Assembly: GCA_964504205.1 (NCBI GenBank)
Contig: CAZDDE010000002.1
Coordinates: 11,505-75,504, forward strand
DNA from: an uncultured Candidatus Saccharibacteria bacterium
GTDB lineage: Bacteria > Patescibacteriota > Minisyncoccia > Spechtbacterales > HO2-43-30
Direction: 5' to 3'
DNA length: 64,000 nt
Shown: piece by piece, positions 55,880-64,000 of the stretch
How positions within the stretch are numbered: the stretch's first letter is position 1
How the letters are laid out: the number at the start of each line of letters is the position of its first letter
Notes under the pieces: model-generated
What the model saw: only the letters and a program-made list of their open reading frames with translations
Told to the model about the DNA's origin: nothing
The model's database searches: none
Position numbers and translations under genes: made by a program

Positions 55880-56728
55880 ATGATGCATTACGGCAATTAT
55901 CGTCGTGGGAAAAGAGATAGGTCAAGACGTTCTGTCCCCTTGATTATTTTGGCTGTATCTGCGCTCGTGGCTGTGTTGGGAATAGTGATCTTTCTAACTA
56001 TTTCACGAGTTTCCGAGCCGGCTAAAAGCACTTTGGTTGTGGGCACAAGCACTGGCTTTCCACCATTTGAGATGCGGTTTGGCGAAGAAGTGCGAGGACT
56101 AGACATTGATTTATGCCGAAAAATCGGCGAAGCTCTGGGAAGAGATGTAGTGGTGCGCGACATGGCATTTGACGCGCTTTTGCCTTCATTGGGCCGAGGA
56201 GTTGCCGGTGAAAAACCGCTTGTAGACATGGTTTGCGCGGCTGTAACTAAAATTTCAGAGCGCGATGAGGTAGCTGATTTTTCCGACACCTATTTCACGG
56301 CCAATCAGGCTGTGCTCACGACGCGAGATAGCGGTATGGTTTATTCCGTGCCGGGCGATCTTGCGAACTTGGTAGTAGCGTATCAAGAAGGGACGACAAG
56401 TGAAGATTGGTTTACGGCAAATGTTTTCGGAAAAGTCGCGATTGCGCGGCATGAGCCATTTACGGAGATGTTGATAGCTTTACAGCGCCTAGGTAAAGAC
56501 TTGAATATAATCATCATGGATGAGCCGGTCGCAAGAGCATTAATCAAAACGAGACTTCATCTTGCAGTTGCAGGTGTGATTGAAACTGGCGAAGAGTACG
56601 GCTTTGCGGTTGCCAATGGCGACCCGCAAGGAATTATTCCGGCGGCGAATAAGGCGCTAAGGGAAATGCGTGAAAGCGGCGAATATGATGAGTTGGTGAA
56701 AAGGTGGTTTAGCGATGATGAAAAGTAA
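55880..56728 (+). CDS. Membrane-anchored periplasmic-binding-protein type 3 (amino-acid ABC transporter SBP-like)
   Basis: N-terminal TM anchor then PBPb-like domain (…LVVGTSTGFPPFE…, …GLDIDLCRKIGEALG…). Confidence 0.55.
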   Translation: MMHYGNYRRGKRDRSRRSVPLIILAVSALVAVLGIVIFLTISRVSEPAKSTLVVGTSTGFPPFEMRFGEEVRGLDIDLCRKIGEALGRDVVVRDMAFDALLPSLGRGVAGEKPLVDMVCAAVTKISERDEVADFSDTYFTANQAVLTTRDSGMVYSVPGDLANLVVAYQEGTTSEDWFTANVFGKVAIARHEPFTEMLIALQRLGKDLNIIIMDEPVARALIKTRLHLAVAGVIETGEEYGFAVANGDPQGIIPAANKALREMRESGEYDELVKRWFSDDEK

Positions 56729-57776
56729 AACAGCGATACTGTTAGCTGGGTTTTTTTTACTGGTTGTAGCGGCTTTGCCATTAACGGCAGTTTATGCGCA
56801 GGAAAACGACGAGGCGCCAAAAATTCGCGGCATCTACATCTACGATGAACGCGATTTTCTGCCGCAGGATTCAGAGGTTGCGCTTGCATGGGTTCTTTGG
56901 AATCTGGATTTGAAGACTGGCTATGAAATGGTGCTGGTTTTTCCTGCCAAGCAATTAAGCGAGTTAGAAACCATAGATTGGTTTAATAAGAACGGCGTAG
57001 GAAAAAAGGGGAAAGATAATGGCGCAGCGCTGTTCGTATTTCCCGATAACTCCATGTTTATGGCGATTGGTTCGGGAAACGACAAAATAACTGTTACCAA
57101 GTCTAAAACATACGGCGAGCGGATATTTACTGACTTTGAAGATGATCCGATGCTCACGTTGCTACGTTTCGTCAACAAAATGGCAGGAGACGTTGACAAA
57201 TCTACTGCTGGCGGAAAATTAGGCGACCTTGGCGCGACAGTTTGGGAGAACATTGATGTTGTCTTGCTGTGGGCGCTCGTACTCGCGTTGATACTTTTCC
57301 TGATTCAACAATTCAACGGATTTCAGCCGACAGATTTAATTCTACCGATTCTGGTGTTCGTGGTAGCGATGGCTTTCGTGGGTCTTGCGCAGATCGGCGG
57401 AGGTTCACAACCAAGTTCGTACGTGTCGTACGGGGTAATTACTTCGACACAGCACTCGCACCATACTAACATTCACATGCATAGTATCTGCACGTCCACT
57501 GGAAAAACGACTTCATGCACTTCTTATCCGCATGTTCATGATGTCTATGTAAACGACGCGACTCTGCTTAGTTATGAACTGCGCGAGCACAAATACCGCT
57601 TTTTATCGGAAGAAAGCAGATGGGCATTGGAACGCAATGTGGGGGAAATTGAGAGGATGAGTGTCGGCATAGAAAAAGGTGAATTGCGCGGCGCAAGCCC
57701 CGCGGGCGTCGGCAAAGATTCCGGCGGTATAACCAAAGGAGAGGGTACCTGGATATACGCCGCGACGAAAAAGTAG
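56715..57776 (+). CDS. TPM-domain (TLP18.3/Psb32/MOLO-1) protein with C-terminal TM and His/Cys-rich tail
   Basis: Signal peptide, TPM-like core (…IYIYDERDFLPQDSEVALAWVL…ALFVFPDNSMFMAIGSG), TM segment, tail HSHHTNIHMHSICTSTGKTTSCTSYPHVHD; follows lemA as is typical. Confidence 0.55.
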   Translation: MMKSKTAILLAGFFLLVVAALPLTAVYAQENDEAPKIRGIYIYDERDFLPQDSEVALAWVLWNLDLKTGYEMVLVFPAKQLSELETIDWFNKNGVGKKGKDNGAALFVFPDNSMFMAIGSGNDKITVTKSKTYGERIFTDFEDDPMLTLLRFVNKMAGDVDKSTAGGKLGDLGATVWENIDVVLLWALVLALILFLIQQFNGFQPTDLILPILVFVVAMAFVGLAQIGGGSQPSSYVSYGVITSTQHSHHTNIHMHSICTSTGKTTSCTSYPHVHDVYVNDATLLSYELREHKYRFLSEESRWALERNVGEIERMSVGIEKGELRGASPAGVGKDSGGITKGEGTWIYAATKK

Positions 57777-57788
57777 GAAATAAGATTA

Positions 57789-57818
57789 AAGCCAGCAGAA
57801 ATGCTGGCTATTTATTTT
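57789..57818 (+). terminator. Rho-independent terminator
   Basis: agccagcagaaatgctggct hairpin followed by a T-rich run. Confidence 0.6.
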
Positions 57819-57905
57819 GCAAAAAATTTAGAAAGCTATATACTATTGATATGTTCTACTTAGTTTCTGATACTGAAACAATCGGCACAAATTAGGATTT
57901 GCGTT

Positions 57906-58475
57906 ATGGCGCATATTTTTTTAGAAAAATCATTCGCGTGGCTTGAGCATCCTTCCGGAGAAAACGTTTTGGCTAGTGATATATACTGCGCTACGCGCGA
58001 TGTTTTCCAGGGGCGATTGGATAATCTGCGTAGAATGCTTGAAGAAAAAATGCCGGATGATTCAGCATTGTTTATTGCCGTTTGCGGAGAGATAGGCAAT
58101 AATTCGTTTGACCATAATATTGGTAATTGGCGAGATATTCCCGGTGTTTATTTTGAATTTGATACAGAAAATTTCAGCGTGATTCTTGCGGATAGGGGGC
58201 GGGGGGTACGCGCGACTTTAGGCAGAGTTATGCCGGGACTTCAAAACGATCGCGAAGCGGTGGAGGCCGCCTTTACCCGACGGATTTCCGGACGCTTGCC
58301 CGAACAGCGCGGCAATGGCTTAAAATTTGTCCGTGATATTACTGAGGGAAAAAGATGGTCGCTGGAGTTTTTCTCCGGCTTGGGTGTGGCTAGCATTGTA
58401 AAAGGCGGGAAAATTGAATTTTTAATGGGGGATAATGATATAAAAGGTTGCGTTGCATTGGTTTCAATGAAATAA
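57906..58475 (+). CDS. GHKL/HATPase_c-domain protein (anti-sigma-factor-type serine kinase-like)
   Basis: N-box-like GEIGNNSFDHN, G1-like DRGRGV, G2-like GNGLKF. Confidence 0.5.
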   Translation: MAHIFLEKSFAWLEHPSGENVLASDIYCATRDVFQGRLDNLRRMLEEKMPDDSALFIAVCGEIGNNSFDHNIGNWRDIPGVYFEFDTENFSVILADRGRGVRATLGRVMPGLQNDREAVEAAFTRRISGRLPEQRGNGLKFVRDITEGKRWSLEFFSGLGVASIVKGGKIEFLMGDNDIKGCVALVSMK

Positions 58476-58491
58476 GCATACTAGCATTAGC

Positions 58492-58767
58492 ATGACGATT
58501 TATCTCAAAAAATTTGGTGAAATGCTTATATCCCGGCCAGCTGGCCGAGAAGCTTGGCTCGCGGCACTAGCTTATGTTCTGCCAAAGTCAACTGATGAAA
58601 AAGTAATCGTGGATTTTGAAGGCGTAGCTGTGCTTAGCCCCTCTTGGGCTGATGAATTTTTAACTAAACTGCTTGCAAGACAGGGGAAGAGGAATGTAGT
58701 TTTCCAAAATACTGATAATCCATCTGTTGGAGCGACATTACAAACGTTGGGGTTAGTGGAAGAATAA
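58492..58767 (+). CDS. Small STAS-like (DUF4325-like) protein, putative partner of the upstream GHKL ATPase
   Basis: ~90 aa; the EKVIVDFEGVAVLSPSWADEFLTKL pattern is typical of STAS-like antagonist folds. Confidence 0.4.
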   Translation: MTIYLKKFGEMLISRPAGREAWLAALAYVLPKSTDEKVIVDFEGVAVLSPSWADEFLTKLLARQGKRNVVFQNTDNPSVGATLQTLGLVEE

Positions 58768-58776
58768 TTTAAATTT

Positions 58777-59502
58777 ATGTCTTACCTGGTTTTTGATATT
58801 GAAACAATTGGCAAAAATTATGCGGATTTTGACTCGGCGGACAAGGCCTATTTTAAGCAATGGGCGGAAAGAGAGGCCGGAGACGAGGAGCAGATTGAAC
58901 GGGAATTGGAGAAGATAAAAAAGGGTCTGCCGTTCTCGCCGCTTTGGGGAGAAATTGTCGCTATCGCGATGCGCGATGATCATGAGATGGGAGCAGTGTA
59001 TTTCCGCGCGGATAAGGATAAAAAAGCAAAAGATTTTGAAGAAGACGGAATCCAATATCGCGTCGGTTCAGAAAAAGAAATCTTAGAGAAATTTTGGGAA
59101 GTAGCGCGCAATTATTATACTTTCGTTACTTTCAATGGCCGCGGATTTGACGCGCCGTTTTTAATGATTCGCTCCGCTGTGCATGGCCTGCGCCCCTCGC
59201 GCAATTTAATGCCGCCAAGGTATATGTCCCAGCAAAAGTATGGCCCCCAACACATTGATCTTGCCGACCAATTATCTTTCTACGGATCAATTAAAAGATC
59301 TAGTCTGCACTTTGCAACAAAGGCCTTTAACATGCAAAGTCCAAAAGAAGGCGGCATGAGCGGAGAAGAGGTGCCGCAAGCGTTCAAAGACGGCCGCTAT
59401 GAGGAGATTGCCCGCTACTGCATGGGCGATGTTTTCGCCACCAAAAAACTTTTTCAATACTGGGATCAGTTCCTTAATTTTGAAATAAACAGCCAAAGTT
59501 AA
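58777..59502 (+). CDS. DnaQ-fold 3'-5' exonuclease (PolB-exonuclease-domain-like, DEDDy)
   Basis: Exo I VFDIETIG, Exo II FNGRGFDAPFL, Exo III YCMGDVFAT. Confidence 0.6.
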   Translation: MSYLVFDIETIGKNYADFDSADKAYFKQWAEREAGDEEQIERELEKIKKGLPFSPLWGEIVAIAMRDDHEMGAVYFRADKDKKAKDFEEDGIQYRVGSEKEILEKFWEVARNYYTFVTFNGRGFDAPFLMIRSAVHGLRPSRNLMPPRYMSQQKYGPQHIDLADQLSFYGSIKRSSLHFATKAFNMQSPKEGGMSGEEVPQAFKDGRYEEIARYCMGDVFATKKLFQYWDQFLNFEINSQS

Positions 59503-59735
59503 CGAATCAGGAGGGTAAACTTGCTTATTGAAATTATTATTGTGGCTATTTTGATACTGCCGTTGCTCTTTTTGTTTTTTCTGCTTATACGTTTTTTACG
59601 TTCTTTGCGCTGTGCCCGCTGCCGCCGCTTTTTGCTTTTTGACGGCATTGATCAATCTCCCGTCACTCTTTCCGATATTTTTTTTCCGCGCGCAAGAATT
59701 TGTTTCACATGCCGTCATCTTGCGCGTTCCCCATA

Positions 59736-59800
59736 ATCGCCGTTTGAAAGCGGCGTTTTTTTTACTAAAAACGTCGCTTTCAAGATGAAGCGGCGGTTTT
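59736..59800 (+). terminator. Two tandem hairpin-plus-T-run terminator candidates
   Basis: cgccgtttgaaagcggcg followed by T8, and cgctttcaagatgaagcggcgg followed by T7. Confidence 0.5.
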
Positions 59801-59810
59801 TTTAATACAA

Positions 59811-60000
59811 AAGAAGGGAGTAGGGGGCGGCAATATAGAGACCTCCAGCCCATAGGGCCATAAATTAAACGTCCAGCCGCCCCCTTCTTTATTCAGCGAT
59901 TCACGCTGAACAAAGAAGGAGGCAGGGGCGGCCATAATCATATAATCCAGCCCAATAGGGCCATAAACTATGTGCTGCCCAGCCACCCCCGTATGGCTAT
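59811..60000 (+). repeat. Tandemly duplicated ~85 bp structured unit with long inverted repeats (aagaaggg…gggggcggc / gccgccccc…cttcttt) and an embedded ccagccca(a)tagggccataaa motif
   Basis: Unit 1 is ~59811-59893 and unit 2 ~59911-60000, separated by the palindrome ttcagcgattcacgctgaa. Confidence 0.55.
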
Positions 60001-60073
60001 TTTATCATATATGGTTAGACTTGTCAATATGGATGAAGGTAACTCAAATGTTAAAATAATAATAAATGTCATA

Positions 60074-63000
60074 ATGAACGAAATGTTTGCTAGATTGTAT
60101 AACCAGCTAAACCCGCAACAGAAAGAAGCGGTTGATACCCTGGAGGGGCCCCTAATGGTCGTGGCAGGACCGGGGACGGGCAAGACGCAGGTTTTGACTT
60201 TGCGGATCGCCAATGTAATCCTGCAAGGCAAGGCCAAGCCGGAAGAAGTTTTAGCACTCACTTTCACCGAGAATGCCGCGGCAAACATGCGCCGGCGGCT
60301 TTTTGAAATTCTGGGCAGTCGGGCGTACTTTGTGAATATCGCGACCTTTCATGGATTTTGCAACGAAGTCATTCAGCAAAACCCGGAAGATTTTGCGTTT
60401 GTTCAAGCGCAGGATATTTATCGCGCGGGCACGAACGTCAGCGAAGTGGAGCAGACGCAACTATTAGAAAATATAATCAGAAAAGGCCAATTTGAACGTT
60501 TCAATCTTTACAATCCTTATATCAATTATATTGCCCTGATCAATAAAGCCATTGGCGACCTCAAGCGCGAGGGCGTCGGTCCGAATGAATACAATCTGCT
60601 TATTCAAAAGGCCGAAGACGAGCTTGCCGCTCGCGATGATCTCTACCATGCGAAGGGCCGCTATAAAGGGCAAATAAAATCCGTCTACAAAAAGGCGCAG
60701 GAGCGCATTGAAAAAAACAAAGAGTTTTGTGAGGTTTACCGGCACTATCAGGAAGAACTGACAAGTTTGGGAGATTATGATTACAACGATATGATTATGT
60801 ACACGCTCAGAGCATTGCGCGAAAATAAGATTTTACGCGAGCGCTTGCGCGGCGCGTACAAATATATTCTTATTGACGAACACCAGGATGCCAATAGCGC
60901 GCAGAACAAGGTTGTTGAGCTCATCGGCGGCGAAGATCCTGCGCCAAACATTTTTGTGGTGGGAGATGAGAAACAGGCCATTTTTAGATTTCAGGGCGCA
61001 TCGCTTGCCAACATTATGTATTTCAAAAACAAGTTTCCTTCGTGCAAGGTAGTAACTTTGCAAAAAAATTATAGATCTCATCAAAAGATAATAGACGCCG
61101 CGCAGAGCGTGATTTCAAACAATGAGGGAAGAATTGCCAATTACATCGTAGGGATTGACGATTCTCTGACTGCGGCGCATGGGAGCGCGGGAAGAAAAAT
61201 TGAGCTGTATGAGCCAGAAACTCCGGAACTGGAGCTTTACATGATCAAAGAAAAAATAAAAGAACTTGAAGCGGAGGGCGTTGCGCGAAGCGAGATAGCG
61301 GTGCTCTACCGTGAAAATCGTGAAGGCGATGCTATATCCGACGTCCTTTCTAAAGAGGGGATTCTGCATGTTGTAGAATCAAGCCGGAACATTTTTGACG
61401 ATGCGGCAATAAAAAATTTTATCGCCCTTGTAATCTTTGCCGCAAGGCGCGATCTTACATCAGGGGCTCTGCGCCGTCAAGAGTGCGATGCTGAACTAAT
61501 CAATCTTTTACTTATCGATTTTTTGGAGATTCCAGCATCTGATGTATATAAACTTGCAAGTCTGCGCGCCGAACGCCGCAAGCCCAAAAATATATTTTGG
61601 GTAATGAGTGATGTTAAGTTGATGCAGGAAAATAACATTGAGTCTTGCGATAAGATTTTTGAATTTTCTCAAAACATTTCAAAATGGATATCGGCGGCAC
61701 AGAGTAAGAATGCCGCCCAGGCATTTGAGCAAATAGCTCGCGAATCCGGATTTTTGGAATATATCGCGTCAAAAAATTCTTTTGATTATATTGCAAAGTT
61801 CAACACTATTTTTTCGGAGCTTAAAAACCTTACGCAAAGCAAAAAAAATTTTACTCTCGCTGATTTTACGCAACATGTTGCTTTGCTTGGAAGATTCGGC
61901 ATAGCGCTCAAGCAGAAATCTTTGCGCCTGCCGGCGGACGCAGTGCGGCTGATGACCGTGCACAAAGCCAAGGGTCTGGAGTTTGATTATGTCATTTTGT
62001 GCGGATGCCTTGATGCAAGGTGGGGCGGAAGAAAAAAGCCGGACGTTCTGGGTTTGCTTGATATTTACGGTGAAGGCGGAGGAACCGATGCCTCCGCAAT
62101 AGAAGATAATCGGCGGCTTTTCTATGTCGCTTTGACTAGAGCGCGAAAAGGCGTATTTATCTCCGCGCCGCTTTATGCCGGAGATGGCCGCGAACAAATA
62201 AGAAGCCGCTTTATTGGCGAGATAAAGCCGGAGCTTGTGGAGCGGGGCGATGTGAGCCGATACGACAAAGGAATCGCTGCGACCGCACATTTCTTCATCA
62301 GTGAGGCAAGGCCAAGCGAGCCGGGCGTTTCTGACAAAAAGTTTTTGCAGGCCCTTTTTTTGAAAAGGGGCCTTTCGGCGACCGCGCTAAACAATTATCT
62401 GGTCTGCCCATGGAGATATTTTTATCGCAATCTCGTGCGCCTGCCCGAAGCCCAGCAATCCTATCTTATGTATGGCAACGCCGTGCACGCGGCGCTGAAA
62501 GAATTTTTTGATTGGCCAGATCGGAGCAAGGAACATCTTTTTCTAAAATTTACCCGCGCCCTCAATGCGCAGCCCTTTTTGGAGCACGAAGCCTTAAGGT
62601 ATAAAGGGCGTGGTGAAAAAGCGCTTAGCGCGTATTTTGATAATTATGATTTAGGTTCTTCAATGGCAGGAATAAAAACGATCAACGAGTTTACCGTCGG
62701 CAATATTATGCTCGATCGCAATATCCGTCTGACCGGGAAGATTGATAAGATAGAGTTGGATTTTGGAGGCGGCGTCAACGTCGTTGATTACAAAACCGGT
62801 CGGGCAAAAAGCCGCAATGCGCTTGCCGGTATCGGCAAGAATGCTGCGGGTAACGAGAGGCGACAGCTCGTGTTTTACAAGTTATTGCTGGATAGACTGC
62901 CGGATTCAAAATATCGCATGACTTCCGGCGAGATAGATTTTGTGGAGCCCGACAAAAAATCTGGTAAGTTTCGCAAAGAGAAATTCGTCATCAGTAGCGA

Positions 63001-63142
63001 AGATACCTCTGCCCTGGAGTCTCAAATCCGCCAATCCGCGGATGAAATATTAAGTTTATCCTTTTGGAACAAACGATGCGATGACGCCAGATGTTATTAC
63101 TGTTCGTTGCGCGAGATGACGCAAAAAAGAACTCCCCGCTAG
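60074..63142 (+). CDS. UvrD/PcrA-family SF1 helicase with C-terminal PD-(D/E)xK (RecB/Cas4-like, Cys-cluster) nuclease domain (AddA-like)
   Basis: Walker A AGPGTGKTQVL; helicase motifs through VHKAKGLEFDYVIL; C-terminal CPWRYF…DYKTG…CDDARCYYCS cysteine cluster. The track ORF starts at 59972 inside the repeat; ATG at 60074 is preferred. Confidence 0.8.
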   Translation: MNEMFARLYNQLNPQQKEAVDTLEGPLMVVAGPGTGKTQVLTLRIANVILQGKAKPEEVLALTFTENAAANMRRRLFEILGSRAYFVNIATFHGFCNEVIQQNPEDFAFVQAQDIYRAGTNVSEVEQTQLLENIIRKGQFERFNLYNPYINYIALINKAIGDLKREGVGPNEYNLLIQKAEDELAARDDLYHAKGRYKGQIKSVYKKAQERIEKNKEFCEVYRHYQEELTSLGDYDYNDMIMYTLRALRENKILRERLRGAYKYILIDEHQDANSAQNKVVELIGGEDPAPNIFVVGDEKQAIFRFQGASLANIMYFKNKFPSCKVVTLQKNYRSHQKIIDAAQSVISNNEGRIANYIVGIDDSLTAAHGSAGRKIELYEPETPELELYMIKEKIKELEAEGVARSEIAVLYRENREGDAISDVLSKEGILHVVESSRNIFDDAAIKNFIALVIFAARRDLTSGALRRQECDAELINLLLIDFLEIPASDVYKLASLRAERRKPKNIFWVMSDVKLMQENNIESCDKIFEFSQNISKWISAAQSKNAAQAFEQIARESGFLEYIASKNSFDYIAKFNTIFSELKNLTQSKKNFTLADFTQHVALLGRFGIALKQKSLRLPADAVRLMTVHKAKGLEFDYVILCGCLDARWGGRKKPDVLGLLDIYGEGGGTDASAIEDNRRLFYVALTRARKGVFISAPLYAGDGREQIRSRFIGEIKPELVERGDVSRYDKGIAATAHFFISEARPSEPGVSDKKFLQALFLKRGLSATALNNYLVCPWRYFYRNLVRLPEAQQSYLMYGNAVHAALKEFFDWPDRSKEHLFLKFTRALNAQPFLEHEALRYKGRGEKALSAYFDNYDLGSSMAGIKTINEFTVGNIMLDRNIRLTGKIDKIELDFGGGVNVVDYKTGRAKSRNALAGIGKNAAGNERRQLVFYKLLLDRLPDSKYRMTSGEIDFVEPDKKSGKFRKEKFVISSEDTSALESQIRQSADEILSLSFWNKRCDDARCYYCSLREMTQKRTPR

Positions 63143-63158
63143 GAGGGGGAGACGTTCT

Positions 63159-63869
63159 TTGTATTCTCTGAACGTTTTGAGAGCAAATATGGACAAAACA
63201 TATGAGCAAAAACAAAAACACGTTTACCCTCCGAAGCTCCGCGAGGAGCGAAGGAGGGCGCGAAAGATTTTGCAGCAGCTGAAAAAATGGAAGCCGGATG
63301 CCAAGATTGTTTTGCGATACGATAATAATATTCAGCTTTTAGTCGCTGTCATGCTTTCGGCGCAGTGTACTGATAAAAAAGTAAACGAAGTTACAGGAAA
63401 ATTGTTTAAGAAGTATAAAACTCTAGAGGATTTCGCCAAAGCAGACTTAAAGACATTTGAACAAGAGATTCGCTCGACCGGCTTTTATCATAATAAAGCC
63501 AAAAATATCATGGCCGCGGCAAAGATGATTCTTGATAAGTTTGGCGGAAAGATGCCTAAAACTATGGACGAGATGATTGAATTGCCCGGTGTTGCGCGCA
63601 AAACCGCTAATGTTGTTCTAGGCAATGCTTATGGCGTAGTAGAGGGTATAGCGGTTGATACGCACGTGCGGCGCGTTTCGCGCCATCTTGGGTTGACAAA
63701 CGAACAAAATCCTGACAAGATTGAGCAAGACCTCATGCGGCTCTTTGACAAAAAAGACTGGTTCAAACTGACCTATCTTTTCATTGAATATGGCCGCAAT
63801 GTGCATACGGCAAAAAAGCCGCTGCCATGCAGTAGGGGACCGCTAAAGGGCCTGTGCCCAAAAGACTAA
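63159..63869 (+). CDS. nth: Endonuclease III (HhH-GPD base-excision DNA glycosylase)
   Basis: LLVAVMLSAQCTDKKVN, HhH LPGVARKTANVVL and catalytic-Asp region. Confidence 0.85.
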   Translation: MYSLNVLRANMDKTYEQKQKHVYPPKLREERRRARKILQQLKKWKPDAKIVLRYDNNIQLLVAVMLSAQCTDKKVNEVTGKLFKKYKTLEDFAKADLKTFEQEIRSTGFYHNKAKNIMAAAKMILDKFGGKMPKTMDEMIELPGVARKTANVVLGNAYGVVEGIAVDTHVRRVSRHLGLTNEQNPDKIEQDLMRLFDKKDWFKLTYLFIEYGRNVHTAKKPLPCSRGPLKGLCPKD

Positions 63870-63895
63870 AAACAAAGAAGGGCGATGGAGGAGAA

Positions 63896-64000
63896 AATGA
63901 CAGGCGTAGAGATATTTGAGGGATACATAAGAATTTTCAGCGCACTGGATGCAGAGACAAAAAAGCTTCGGGTTCAGTATTATTATGACAGGACGATCAG
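63896..64000 (+). CDS. Partial CDS (5' end only), hypothetical
   Basis: ATG after an aagaagggcg RBS-like sequence; open to the end of the window. Confidence 0.2.

Noticed and set aside
1-64000. tRNA, rRNA, integrase/transposase or prophage genes
   Set aside because: Intergenic gaps were inspected. They are short and contain only promoters, terminators or the repeats described. No cloverleaf-like or rRNA-like sequence and no recombinase ORF were seen.

Overview
This 64 kb window is from a moderate-to-low GC bacterial genome. The compact gene order and the protein families present suggest a small-genome (CPR/Patescibacteria-like) bacterium; that is inference, not proof. Roughly the first 47 kb is one large cell-surface glycan locus. 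It starts with a nonulosonic-acid (legionaminic/pseudaminic-type) biosynthesis operon that carries an amidinotransferase. Next comes a teichoic-acid-like module: sugar-phosphate nucleotidyltransferases, a GDPD-like phosphodiesterase, a TagF-like transferase, and a phosphoribulokinase domain fused to a polytopic membrane protein. The locus continues with a GDP-sugar network (two GMD paralogs, perosamine-synthase-like aminotransferase, GDP-fucose synthase, C-methyltransferase, Gmm NUDIX hydrolases). It also has a KdsB-like cytidylyltransferase beside an HpcH-type aldolase, an ABC exporter, an ArnC/ArnEF/ArnT-like lipid-carrier glycosylation trio, an initiating phosphoglycosyltransferase, an O-antigen-ligase–TPR fusion, and several GT2/GT4 transferases. 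Housekeeping genes follow: murB, hpf, flotillin, secA, rdgB, an MGMT-NUDIX fusion, lemA plus a TPM-domain gene, a GHKL-ATPase/STAS-like pair, a PolB-type exonuclease, a UvrD-nuclease helicase and nth. Two near-identical ~148 bp palindromic MITE-like elements sit in frame between genes at 11.5 kb and 14.6 kb. A tandem structured repeat lies upstream of the helicase. I found no rRNA, tRNA or CRISPR.
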